This document shows positions 1-10,915 of a stretch of 33,616 nt of DNA, piece by piece. Numbering within the stretch: position 1 is the first letter of the stretch; each line of letters opens with the position of its first letter. The stretch comes from Candidatus Krumholzibacteriia bacterium (lineage in GTDB: Bacteria; Krumholzibacteriota; Krumholzibacteriia; WVZY01): the NCBI GenBank assembly GCA_046754105.1, contig JBHHVD010000029.1:1-33616 (forward strand), read 5' to 3'. The notes beneath the pieces are model-generated. The model saw only the letters and a list, made by a program, of their open reading frames with translations, did not search any database and was not told the DNA's origin. The position numbers and the translations under genes are program-made.

Positions 1-74
1 AGGCCGGTAGCTGAGCGAAGCGGGCGACGGGACGGAGACAAGCCCCCGAGCCCGCCCGGATGTACGGAGTGGGA

Positions 75-1910
75 TTATTTGAGAAGGGTGAGGCGCCGGG
101 TCACGAAGCGCTGCTCGATCTGCAGCTTGATGTAGTAGACGCCACTGGCCACCGCATTCCCGCTTTCGTCGACGGCGTTCCAGTTGACCGAATGCACACC
201 GGCGAACTCCTGGCGGTCGACGAGTACCGCCACAAGCCGGCCTCTCACATTGTAGACCTTAACACTCGTCTCGAACGCTCCCGTCGACTGGATGCGCGTA
301 CCGTCATCCGTTTCTACGACCGAGGGAACTTCGTAGAATATGGTCGTCGCGTCCCGGAATGGATTGGGCGATCCCGTGAGCAGCTCGCGGCGCAGTTTGC
401 CACTGCTCTTCCAGAAGCGCTGGGCTTCCATATCGGAGAGCGACCTCGGGTCCGAAGACAACCCCTTGGGCCGCAAGATTGCCTCGAAGAACTCACCGGA
501 ACGCAACCGGCCTTCCAACGTAATGCGCCCACGCCGCTGCAGGATCCCCTCAACCGTATCTCCATGAAGCAGCATTATCGGCTCACCGGTTTGTGTCCTG
601 GCTTGCTCGATCTGGCTCTTCGTCATGCCGCTGAAAAACGAGATCTCCTCGGTGCTCACCGACCCCGGCCCGAGGTTATCGAGTTCGACGGCCAACACCG
701 CTTCCTTGCCCCGCGCGGGCCGGTAGTGCCCCCAGAGGACCCGCGGCGTCATCGAGAGCGGCGGGGGCAGGTACAGGTTGTCTCCATCCCCGCGGTAGGT
801 CTTGAACGCGTCTATCGCGGTATCGTTCACCGACGCGCTGCCGGGGGGTGTTACTACCAGTGCAAACTCAATACTCGCTTCAGCACCGGGCTGGAGCACT
901 GCCACCGGCGGAGACAGGGCGTAGACGTTCGCGTCACCGTCGATTTCAACCTCGGCGCTCCCGAAGCGCCCCGCAGCAGCCTGTCCCCCGCGGACTGCCG
1001 TTTCTCGAAGGGCCGCCGCGAAATCTCCCGCGACGGGCACGTATCCACCCAGCCAGCCATTGCCCCTGCCGCGCGCGGGTAGCGCAACCAGCAGGATGCT
1101 GCCGCCGCCCGCCGCCGAGCTCTTCCAGCATGGAATCCACGCCGCCACTCCTCCGGGCAAGCGGGCCTCCATGACCGGTTGCGAAAACGAAACGGGACCG
1201 CGCACCTGCAGCACGGTTCCGAGTCGAACGTCGTGCAACGGCTCGACACCTTCATTCCTGACGTAAAGACTGACCATCACCGCGCCGTCGATATGGGGCA
1301 GTGACCATGCGTAACATTCCTGGTGAAAGACAAGCTCGCCCCCCGGGAACGGAACTTCCCCGGCAAATCCGGTCACCACCATTTCATCTCCGATTGCGGC
1401 GAAATCTTCATCGATCTTGCCGTCACCGTCGTTATCGACACCGTCCAGACGATCTTCGTCCGCGCGACCATCGTGGTCATCGTCGGGGTCGAGTGACGGC
1501 GCCCGAAAACCGCCGGCCATGCCCTCATGGCACACCCCGGTGCCGCGTGTGCTCTCGCCGACCGCCAGGTCACCGAGCGATGTATTCACGAGTTCGACCA
1601 GTTCACCGTCCGGGCCCGCGGCGAACACGACGAAACCGCCGCCGCCGATCACGCTCCGCCCAGCGGTCCACGCCGGCACCAGATCCATCAGACGGCCGCC
1701 CCGCGTAAACGACAACCGGACCTTGCCCGGGCCGATCTCCAGGTAATCGGGGTCTCCCGCCTGGGGGCGGCTACCATGACCCGGCCGCGTGGGCAGGAAG
1801 AGGCCCTGTGCCGTCGCCAGCGTGGCCAACGCGGCCACGGTGAGGATGGCTGCCACGGCGGCCAGCCCGCCGCGGGCCGCGCGCTCAAATATGGAACTAC
1901 CACGTGTCAT
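75..1910 (-). CDS. Secreted protein with acidic Ca/metal-binding repeat and C-terminal FlgD-Ig (T9SS-type sorting-like) domain
   Basis: 611 aa. Hydrophobic signal peptide ending ALATLATA. Acidic motif DDDHDGRADEDRLDGVDNDGDGKIDED. C-terminus SPNPF...TTIFY...VKVYNVRGRLVAVLVD...WNAVDESGNAVASGVYYIKL is typical of FlgD-Ig sorting domains. AAGG upstream of ATG. Confidence 0.8.
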   Translation of the reverse strand: MTRGSSIFERAARGGLAAVAAILTVAALATLATAQGLFLPTRPGHGSRPQAGDPDYLEIGPGKVRLSFTRGGRLMDLVPAWTAGRSVIGGGGFVVFAAGPDGELVELVNTSLGDLAVGESTRGTGVCHEGMAGGFRAPSLDPDDDHDGRADEDRLDGVDNDGDGKIDEDFAAIGDEMVVTGFAGEVPFPGGELVFHQECYAWSLPHIDGAVMVSLYVRNEGVEPLHDVRLGTVLQVRGPVSFSQPVMEARLPGGVAAWIPCWKSSAAGGGSILLVALPARGRGNGWLGGYVPVAGDFAAALRETAVRGGQAAAGRFGSAEVEIDGDANVYALSPPVAVLQPGAEASIEFALVVTPPGSASVNDTAIDAFKTYRGDGDNLYLPPPLSMTPRVLWGHYRPARGKEAVLAVELDNLGPGSVSTEEISFFSGMTKSQIEQARTQTGEPIMLLHGDTVEGILQRRGRITLEGRLRSGEFFEAILRPKGLSSDPRSLSDMEAQRFWKSSGKLRRELLTGSPNPFRDATTIFYEVPSVVETDDGTRIQSTGAFETSVKVYNVRGRLVAVLVDRQEFAGVHSVNWNAVDESGNAVASGVYYIKLQIEQRFVTRRLTLLK

Positions 1911-1937
1911 TTGTTACCTTCGTCACCCAGCCCCCTC

Positions 1938-2618
1938 TTACCTCGACAGAAAAAAGCTCAGGCTCTCCAGCGCTACCGCCAGATTTACGTTTCGCAGTCC
2001 CACTCGCTTCGGAACGATGAGCTGTCTCGGGGCGAAATTCAGGATGCCGCTAACACCTGTTTCGACCAGAATGTCCACTACGTGCTGCGCCGTGCTGTTC
2101 GGCGTTGCGATAACGCCGATATCCACGGGTTCGGCCTTGAGCAGGTCTTTTGCGTCCTCGAACGGACGAATCTCGACGTCCCGCCACTTGTCCCCGACTT
2201 TTTCCGGATCCACGTCGAAGAGATGCGTAAAGAAGAAGCCATCGTCCCTGAATCCCCGGTGAAAAAACAGCGCGTGCCCCAGGCTCCCTGCCCCGAAAAG
2301 AGCCATGGTCCATTTCTTGTCCAGCCCCAGGATCTTTTCGATGGCACTTTTCAGATCCACAACCTGGTAACCGAGCCCCCGAGTACCAAAGTTGCCGAAG
2401 TAGGAAAGATCCTTTCGAACCTGCGCGGAAGTAACTCCGCACAGCCTGGCCAGCCTGGCCGAAGAAATCGTATTGGTCGACCTCCCCTCGAGATCGAGGA
2501 GAATGCGGTAGTAGCTGGACAGTCTCCGAATCGTGAACTCCGATATTTTTCCCACGAGCGACGAGGGCGTCGCCTGGTTGTTACCAGAGCCCCGTCCGCC
2601 TCGGCTACTGCGTTGCAC
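1938..2618 (-). CDS. rex: Redox-sensing transcriptional repressor Rex
   Basis: TIRRLSSY, ISS..LA, SAQVRKDLSYFGNFGTRGLGY winged-helix motif. GAGSLG Rossmann motif, FDVDPEKVG and GILNFAP. GTG start with AAGGAG 6 nt upstream. Confidence 0.95.
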   Translation of the reverse strand: MQRSSRGGRGSGNNQATPSSLVGKISEFTIRRLSSYYRILLDLEGRSTNTISSARLARLCGVTSAQVRKDLSYFGNFGTRGLGYQVVDLKSAIEKILGLDKKWTMALFGAGSLGHALFFHRGFRDDGFFFTHLFDVDPEKVGDKWRDVEIRPFEDAKDLLKAEPVDIGVIATPNSTAQHVVDILVETGVSGILNFAPRQLIVPKRVGLRNVNLAVALESLSFFLSR

Positions 2619-2723
2619 ACCATACTCCTTCCATTTGCATCGCGGTGCGCCGGCGATTGTCCCGTACGCACATCGGCTTCAATCACCAATTATCACGGCC
2701 ATCCTCTGTCCTGTCGCGTCGGT

Positions 2724-5159
2724 CTATTCTTCCTCATCCTTCGCCAGATGCGCGACATCGGTGACCACGTCTTCCTCGTCGAGATTGATGAGACGCACAC
2801 CCTGGGTGTTGCGCCCGATCACCGACAATTGCGAAATCGGGCAGCGGATGACGATCCCCTTGCGCGTGATTATCATTATATCGTCGCCATCCTTGACTTC
2901 GTTTATCGAAATCACCTTGCCGTTCCGTTGCGTGGTGCGGATATTGATGACGCCCTTGCCACCGCGGTGCTTGGTTGCATAATCGTCCAGTGCGGAGCGC
3001 TTGCCAAAACCGTTCTCGGTAACGGTGAGCAGCGTGGCGTCCTTGGCGACTACGACCATCCCCACGACCTTGTCTCCCGCATCGAGCCGCACTCCGCGAA
3101 CCCCCGCAGCCGTACGTCCCATGCTACGCACATCCGTTTCCTTGAAGCGAATCGCCCGGCCGTCTTTCTTGCTGAGAACGATATCCTGTTCGCCGTTCGA
3201 GACCGCCGCGGTGATCAACATGTCGTCGCCCTTTAGCGTCATGGCGACGATGCCGCCCCGGCGAGGCCGTGAATAACGGCTGAGCGGGGTTTTCTTGATC
3301 TGCCCGTTTCGCGTCGCCGTGATGAGGTACTGATCCTCGTTGAACTCGGAAACCGGTACCCGGCCCGTTATCCGCTCGCCCTCCGCGAGGCCAAGCAGGT
3401 TGACGATCGCTTTGCCTCGGGCCTGCCGTCCCGCTACGGGGATGTGATGGACCTTGAGCCAGTGGCAGCGGCCGCGATCGGTAAAAAAGAGAATATAGCT
3501 GTGTGTAGACGCGATGAATATGTGCTCGACGAAGTCTTCGTCGCGCATCTTGATACCGGTCACGCCGCGGCCGCCGCGCCTCTGCGCCCTGTACGAATCG
3601 AGTGCCAGGCGCTTTATGTAACCGGCATGGCTGATCGTAATCACCATGTCCTCGACCGCGATCAAGTCCTCGGCTTCGAACGAGGTTACGGCCTGGTCCA
3701 GTATCTCGGTGCGGCGATCGTCGCCGTATTTCTTTTGAATCTCCGCCAGTTCATTCTTGATGATGTTGAGCACGAGCTGACGGTCGGCCAGTATCGCTTT
3801 CAGCTCCGCGATGGTCTTGAGAAGCTGCTGGTACTCGTCCTCGATTTTTTGTCGTTCGAGCCCCGTGAGACGCTGCAACCGCATATCGAGAATCGCCTGT
3901 GCCTGGACCTCGGTGAGACCGAACTGGCTCATCAATCCTTCGCGAGCGGTCGCCGGCGTGTCGGAGCCCTTGATCAGGGCCACGATCTCGTCGATGTGGT
4001 CCAGCGCGATCCGGAATCCCTCGAGGATATGTGCCCGCTCTTCGGCTTTGCGCAGGTCGTACTTCGTCCGTTTGACGACGACGTCCTCGCGGTGTCGCAG
4101 GAAATTATCGATCAGTTGGCGCAAGGTAAGTATCTGGGGCCGGTTTTCCACGAGCGCCAGCAGGGTAATGCCAAAAGTAATCTGCATCAGCGTATGCTTG
4201 TAGAGCTGGTTCTCGGTCACGCGCGAGTCGGCGTCGCGCTTGAGAATGATGACCATTCGCATACCGTTCCGGTCCGACTCGTCCCGAATATCGGCAATGT
4301 CGGAGATGGTTCCGGCCTTGACGAGCTCGGCGATGCGCTCGATGAGCGCCGCCTTGTTTACCTGGTAGGGCAGTTCGGTTACGACGATCGCTTCCCGGTC
4401 GTTCTTGAGCGTTTCGACCGCCGTGCGGGCGCGCACGATGATGCGCCCGCGGCCCGTGCGGTACGCCTGTTCAATGCCGGACCGTCCGAGAATGATCCCC
4501 TGCGTGGGGAAATCCGGGCCCTTGATCAGGCCGAAGAGCTCCTCGTCTGGAAAATCGGGATCCTCCAGGACGGCCACGCAACCGTTCGCCACCTCGCCCA
4601 CATTGTGGGGAGGAACGTTGGTGGCCATGCCCACGGCAATCCCCGAGGCGCCGTTGACCAGCAGGTTGGGCACCTTGGCGGGCAGCACGAGCGGCATGGT
4701 GCGCGAGCCGTCGTAATTGGGGCCGAATTCGACGGTCTCTTTGTCGAGATCGGCGAGCATTTCCTCGGCAAACTGGGTCATACGGACTTCTGTGTAACGC
4801 TCGGCCGCCGCAGGGTCCCCGTCCACAGACCCAAAGTTGCCCTGGCCGTCGACGAGGGGATAACGGAGCGAGAATTCCTGCGCCATGCGCACCATCGTCT
4901 CGTAGATCGCCGCGGTGCCGTGCGGGTGGTAGTTGCCGTTCACGTCACCCGTGACCTTGGCCGACTTGCGGTAGGGCCGCGTGTGAGTGAGGTTGAGATC
5001 GTTCATCGCCGTCAGGACGCGGCGGTGCACCGGTTTTAGTCCGTCCCGCACATCGGGAAGCGCGCGCGAAATGATCACGCTCATCGAGTAATCGAGATAA
5101 GAGCTCTTCATCTCATCTTCGATTTGAACGGGAACGATTCTTTCGCCATCAATGGCCAT
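2724..5159 (-). CDS. gyrA: DNA gyrase subunit A
   Basis: RALPDVRDGLKPVHRR, YHPHG and catalytic RYTE. The GyrA-box QRRGGRG distinguishes it from ParC. C-terminal beta-pinwheel repeats. Confidence 0.98.
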   Translation of the reverse strand: MAIDGERIVPVQIEDEMKSSYLDYSMSVIISRALPDVRDGLKPVHRRVLTAMNDLNLTHTRPYRKSAKVTGDVNGNYHPHGTAAIYETMVRMAQEFSLRYPLVDGQGNFGSVDGDPAAAERYTEVRMTQFAEEMLADLDKETVEFGPNYDGSRTMPLVLPAKVPNLLVNGASGIAVGMATNVPPHNVGEVANGCVAVLEDPDFPDEELFGLIKGPDFPTQGIILGRSGIEQAYRTGRGRIIVRARTAVETLKNDREAIVVTELPYQVNKAALIERIAELVKAGTISDIADIRDESDRNGMRMVIILKRDADSRVTENQLYKHTLMQITFGITLLALVENRPQILTLRQLIDNFLRHREDVVVKRTKYDLRKAEERAHILEGFRIALDHIDEIVALIKGSDTPATAREGLMSQFGLTEVQAQAILDMRLQRLTGLERQKIEDEYQQLLKTIAELKAILADRQLVLNIIKNELAEIQKKYGDDRRTEILDQAVTSFEAEDLIAVEDMVITISHAGYIKRLALDSYRAQRRGGRGVTGIKMRDEDFVEHIFIASTHSYILFFTDRGRCHWLKVHHIPVAGRQARGKAIVNLLGLAEGERITGRVPVSEFNEDQYLITATRNGQIKKTPLSRYSRPRRGGIVAMTLKGDDMLITAAVSNGEQDIVLSKKDGRAIRFKETDVRSMGRTAAGVRGVRLDAGDKVVGMVVVAKDATLLTVTENGFGKRSALDDYATKHRGGKGVINIRTTQRNGKVISINEVKDGDDIMIITRKGIVIRCPISQLSVIGRNTQGVRLINLDEEDVVTDVAHLAKDEEE

Positions 5160-5217
5160 GTTTATCTCCCTGCTTTGCAGTTACCGGTGCTGTTGATATC
5201 CGCTCCACTATTGCGCG

Positions 5218-7191
<1,974 letters not shown>

Positions 7192-7491
7192 CTACTGGCC
7201 CGACCCGAAGTGAATCCTGTGAAACTCGATTTCCGGCGCGCGCTCCCGCAGCTTGCCGTAGATCTCCTTTTCCATAAAATACAGCTCCTGCAGCCACGCG
7301 CTGTGGCGAACCTCCACGTGAAGGACGCCGCGCTCGACCCGGACGGCCCGCGTCCGGGCCGCGATTTCCTCTCCCACCACGGTCGGCCACAGCGAGAGAA
7401 GCTCCCTCTCCTTTAGTTTCTTATCTAGTCCGACGGATTTGAGCACGGCGGGGAGGATGTCGCCGATACGCGAAAACCGGTTGTGGTTCAT
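7192..7491 (-). CDS. dciA: DUF721/DciA family protein (replicative helicase loader-like)
   Basis: WPTVVGEEIAARTRAVRVERGVLHVEVRHSAWLQEL pattern. 99 aa, directly upstream of gyrB, the usual position for this family. Confidence 0.85.
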   Translation of the reverse strand: MNHNRFSRIGDILPAVLKSVGLDKKLKERELLSLWPTVVGEEIAARTRAVRVERGVLHVEVRHSAWLQELYFMEKEIYGKLRERAPEIEFHRIHFGSGQ

Positions 7492-7497
7492 CTCTCA

Positions 7498-7525
7498 AAG
7501 ATACCCGTTTTGATACCCTTGTGAA
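7498..7525 (-). promoter_or_regulatory. Putative sigma70 promoter for dciA-gyrB-gyrA-rex (possibly leaderless mRNA)
   Basis: Minus strand reads TTCACA-N16-TATCTT-N6-ATG. Confidence 0.45.
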
Positions 7526-7695
7526 ACATGTTTTTTGTTATTTTTGGAGATGTGCAGCTTCATAAGCAATTGTACATACGCCACTTACAAGGACGCCCGT
7601 CGGGCACTTCCCGTGATTTGCCAAGTGCGGAACGGTCCGTCCCGCGGCGGTTCAACGTGCCGGCGGTCCGGTTTCGGGTCCCAATGGCGCGGTCG

Positions 7696-7725
7696 TTGAC
7701 GGCGGGTCGCGGGGGGTGTTACCTT
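7696..7725 (+). promoter_or_regulatory. Putative sigma70 promoter for the DsbA-like gene
   Basis: TTGACG-N18-TACCTT with a TGn extended -10, 22 nt upstream of the ATG at 7748. Confidence 0.55.
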
Positions 7726-7747
7726 TCCCAACAGCGCCCCCTCGAAG

Positions 7748-8512
7748 ATGTCTCAAGACATGCGGCCTGCGACCTCCCGATTCCTTCTTGCCGGACTCAT
7801 CCTGTCCGCCGCCTCGCCGGCACGCCCGGCGGAAGCCCCGTGGACCTCACTTCTGCCCACCAAACTGGCCGCGATTGCAAAGCGTCTCGTCGATACGGGA
7901 AAATGCCCGTGCCGCTGCGGCAATTATCTTCCCGGGAGCACGCAGGCGCCGACATGTTTTGGGTGCAGCGTCGGCAAAGCCGAGGTGAGCCGGATCGTCG
8001 AAGGCCTCGCCGCCGGGCAGTCCCGTGGCGACGTGCTCCTCGAAGTGGGCGAACCCCTCCTGATCAGCGTGTTCGCCGATTACGCCGACCCCGGTTTGCG
8101 CGAGACGTGGGAGCGCGTCGTCCGTATCGCCGCACAGCGCGGCCTGCACCGCGTCGTCCTGCGGACGCCGGCCCGCACCGACGGGGCTCGCCGCGCGGTG
8201 GCGCTTGCCGAATTCGCCCGCGACCACGGCCGGTTTTTCGAGATGCAGCGCATCCTCATCGATCACGACGGCCCCTGGGATCCCCCATCCCTCTCCGGTC
8301 TCGTGGAGCGGATCGGGCTCTCGAGTGGCGATGCGGAGCGTTATCTCGGGACGGCCGACGTCGGCCGCCAGATCCACAAGGACCGCCAGCACGCCGAGCT
8401 CGACGGGATCCACTTGTTCCCGACCATCGTAATCCAGAACGAGATCGTGGCGGACTCCGAAGCAGCGATACGCCGGGGGATCCAACGCGCGTTACTCGAC
8501 GACAGCATGTAG
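7748..8512 (+). CDS. Exported protein: N-terminal CPCxCG...CxxC domain fused to a DsbA/thioredoxin-fold domain lacking CxxC
   Basis: Signal-like N-terminus, CPCRCG and CFGC. ISVFADYADPGL aligns to the DsbA pattern F.DF.CP.C. ARRAVALAEFARDHGRFFEMQRIL and GIHLFPTIVI (cis-Pro loop) match the DsbA-like fold. Confidence 0.7.
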   Translation: MSQDMRPATSRFLLAGLILSAASPARPAEAPWTSLLPTKLAAIAKRLVDTGKCPCRCGNYLPGSTQAPTCFGCSVGKAEVSRIVEGLAAGQSRGDVLLEVGEPLLISVFADYADPGLRETWERVVRIAAQRGLHRVVLRTPARTDGARRAVALAEFARDHGRFFEMQRILIDHDGPWDPPSLSGLVERIGLSSGDAERYLGTADVGRQIHKDRQHAELDGIHLFPTIVIQNEIVADSEAAIRRGIQRALLDDSM

Positions 8513-8560
8513 GTCCGCCGGGCGATCGCGCTCACAAAAGGAGACTTCAAAGACACAAGA

Positions 8561-9748
8561 CTACGATGCGAGCACGGGCAGCACTCGCTTCTGTGGATTG
8601 CCCGTGACGTGGACCTGCCCGCCGGCGTCGATAAAGACGTTGACCTCGCTGCGGACGCCGAACTCCGGCAGATAGATCCCGGGCTCGACCGAAAAGAGCG
8701 TGCCGCGGAGTATGCGCCGCTCGTCGCGGGTCTCGAGGTTGTCCATGTGGGTGCCGTTGCCGTGCAGATCCTGGGCGATATTGTGGCCGGTGCGGTGCAC
8801 GAAGTACTGCCCGTATCCGGCGAGTTCGATCACGTCTCTGGCGGCATCGTCGACCTGCCACCCGTGTAACGGCCGGTCTTCCACAAACGCCTCCCGTACA
8901 CAATCCACCGCGGCGTCTCTCGCCCTCGCCACGATACCGAACACGTCGCCGTAGAGCGACGGGACGGCTTCACCGACGAACATCACGAACGTGTAGTCGC
9001 TGTACACCGCGCCGGGCCGGTTCAACCTGGCCCACAAATCGATCAATACAAAATCGTCCTTCTTGATCTCGACGTCGGTAAACGGCGACGGCGCGTAGTG
9101 GGGATCCCCGCTGTGTGGTCCGACGGCGACGATCGGCGGGTGGTCCGTGAAAAGGCCGTTGCTCTCGAAGTAACCCATGATAGCAGCCTGTACTTCGGTT
9201 TCACGCACCGGCTTGTCGCTGGCCACCCCCTCGGCGATCATGGCGACGCCGAGCTCGTAGGCGGCCAGCACCTGCGTTTCGGATTCCTTGTGGCTTTGCC
9301 ATTGCTCGTCATCCAGGGTCGCCTCGAAGCGCTGGATCAGGTCGCCGGAGGATACCACCTCCACGCCCAGGCTCTTGACCAGCTCCACGGTCCCGGCGTC
9401 GACTTTGGATACGTATGGAATGGCGTTGCGCGGCGAGTATTCCATTGCGATTCGTTTCGCTCCACCCACGAGGCCGGCCAGTTCTTTTTCCAATTCTTCC
9501 CAGCGCAGGTATACGCGCTTCTTCCCCGGCACGTGGTCGAGCGCCGCCTGCTCGATACGGTGCACGAGCTTGCCCGGCTCACCGCCGGCGGGCACCATAT
9601 AGAACCAGCGCCGCGTGTTCATCGAGCTTTCGTCAAAATCCAGGATCCGCCGGGCGAGCACGTTACTGCCGTGAAAGTCATAAAACAGCCAGCCGTCGAT
9701 ACCGAATTCCCCGAGGGCAGCCTGGATGGCGCTGAGATCGAACATCAT
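8561..9748 (-). CDS. M24 family metallopeptidase (Xaa-Pro aminopeptidase-like)
   Basis: Metal-ligand motifs LIDLWA, YSDYT, HRTGH, SVEPGIY and VRSE, plus DPHY. AGGAG SD upstream. Confidence 0.9.
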   Translation of the reverse strand: MMFDLSAIQAALGEFGIDGWLFYDFHGSNVLARRILDFDESSMNTRRWFYMVPAGGEPGKLVHRIEQAALDHVPGKKRVYLRWEELEKELAGLVGGAKRIAMEYSPRNAIPYVSKVDAGTVELVKSLGVEVVSSGDLIQRFEATLDDEQWQSHKESETQVLAAYELGVAMIAEGVASDKPVRETEVQAAIMGYFESNGLFTDHPPIVAVGPHSGDPHYAPSPFTDVEIKKDDFVLIDLWARLNRPGAVYSDYTFVMFVGEAVPSLYGDVFGIVARARDAAVDCVREAFVEDRPLHGWQVDDAARDVIELAGYGQYFVHRTGHNIAQDLHGNGTHMDNLETRDERRILRGTLFSVEPGIYLPEFGVRSEVNVFIDAGGQVHVTGNPQKRVLPVLAS

Positions 9749-9789
9749 GAAGCTCCTGTTTTTGGGTTGTCAATCCGATTTGCTTCAAC

Positions 9790-9818
9790 ATTCTAGTTTC
9801 CGTGTCACCATTTGTCAA
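9790..9818 (-). promoter_or_regulatory. Strong sigma70-type promoter for the M24 peptidase
   Basis: Minus strand TTGACA-N17-TAGAAT. Confidence 0.75.
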
Positions 9819-9844
9819 ACTCCGTAAGACCCACGGGCGCTCGC

Positions 9845-10456
9845 CTATATTGCTCCAAAGACACCGACGATACCAAACGTCGCAATCGCAGCACCGCCGG
9901 CAAGGTTCAGATACGCCACGATGCGCGGATTCTTCAGGATGCTGCGCAACGACGAACTGAAAAGAGCCAGCATCGTTTGCACCAGCAGGCTCCCCAGAAA
10001 AACGAAGAAGGAGAAATATGCGATCTCATACCACGCCCCTGCGTAACTCGCCTGTCCGGCAAAGCCCATAAATGCCACGATCGTCAACGGGTTCGCCGCG
10101 GTGAGTCCGTAGGTGGGCCAGTAACCGAATACTCGAGCGCTTCGAGCAGCCGCGTCCGGCACCCCGGCCGGGTTGCGGAAGCCCGCGTTGCGAATCATCC
10201 ACAAGCCAAAGAGGATTAGAACCACCGAGCTTAGCAATGCAAACAATGCCTGATGCTCGTCGAGCACCCGGTTCAACTGTGCGCCGATGCTGAAGGCAAC
10301 GAGTGAAAACGTCAGGTCCGCCGAGGCGGCACCGCCGGCACTGCGCATGGCGGCCGCAAAGCCGTGTGTGATTCCGTTCGTAATGACGAGTATCGCGATC
10401 GGACCGATGGCAATCGCCACTGCGATGCCGAATAGAAACGCCTTCAGTGCCTCCAT
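9845..10456 (-). CDS. LysE family amino-acid exporter
   Basis: AIAIGPIAILVI...G, GAASADL and LTAANPLTI motifs, hydrophobic throughout. Start reassigned to MEALKAF (ATG at 10456). Confidence 0.85.
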   Translation of the reverse strand: MEALKAFLFGIAVAIAIGPIAILVITNGITHGFAAAMRSAGGAASADLTFSLVAFSIGAQLNRVLDEHQALFALLSSVVLILFGLWMIRNAGFRNPAGVPDAAARSARVFGYWPTYGLTAANPLTIVAFMGFAGQASYAGAWYEIAYFSFFVFLGSLLVQTMLALFSSSLRSILKNPRIVAYLNLAGGAAIATFGIVGVFGAI

Positions 10457-10481
10457 GCAGGCCCGCCCCCGGTGTACCCGG

Positions 10482-10915
10482 TTAAGCAAATGCGTTGACG
10501 ACCATCCGTGCGGCAAGGAGCGTGATAATGATCCGAACCGTCACGCGAAAGACCCGTTCGGGGACACGCGGCCGCAGGCGCGTGCCGGCCCACGAACCAA
10601 GCGTGACCGCCGCGATCATACCGGCGAGTATCACGATATACGGGCGAAAAGCAAAGCCGAGGAAGCCAAAGGCCAGCACCTTGAGGATATGAACGCACGA
10701 CATGAACACGGCTTCCGTTGCCACCAGGCGATCTTTTCGAAAACCCTCCCGGAGCAGAACCGGCGGCCCCAATGCTCCCGTCGCCCCCACGAACAACGAG
10801 AGAAACGCCTGCACCCAGCCGAGCACAAAGAACTTTCCCGGAAGCCGCCGCGATGCCTTCGCCGCCGGCGCCCACGTGATCACCAGGATGAATGCGGCCG
10901 GAACCAGTCACTCAT
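10482..10915 (-). pseudogene. Sulfite exporter TauE/SafE family, N-terminal half missing
   Basis: C-terminal half motifs GWVQAFLSLFVGATGALGPPVLL, LVATEAVF, GSWAGTRL and PERVFR. An in-frame stop lies about 9 codons upstream of the GTG at 10883, and the coupled ATG at 10915 is out of frame. Confidence 0.65.

Noticed and set aside
1..60. Short matches (GCCGGTAG, CCCGCCCGGA) between the two window ends suggesting terminal repeats
   Set aside because: These are 8-10 bp GC-rich words with different spacing at each end, expected by chance. The window holds core chromosomal genes, not a mobile element.
7519..7536. TTGTGAA as a possible Rex operator upstream of the dciA-gyrBA-rex run
   Set aside because: Only the left half-site is present. 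The right half reads GTTTTTT, and the match is explained by the -35 element on the minus strand.
10900..10915. TGA readthrough (selenocysteine or recoding) extending the TauE ORF upstream
   Set aside because: The upstream sequence does not resemble a TauE N-terminus, and other genes in the window use TGA as a normal stop.
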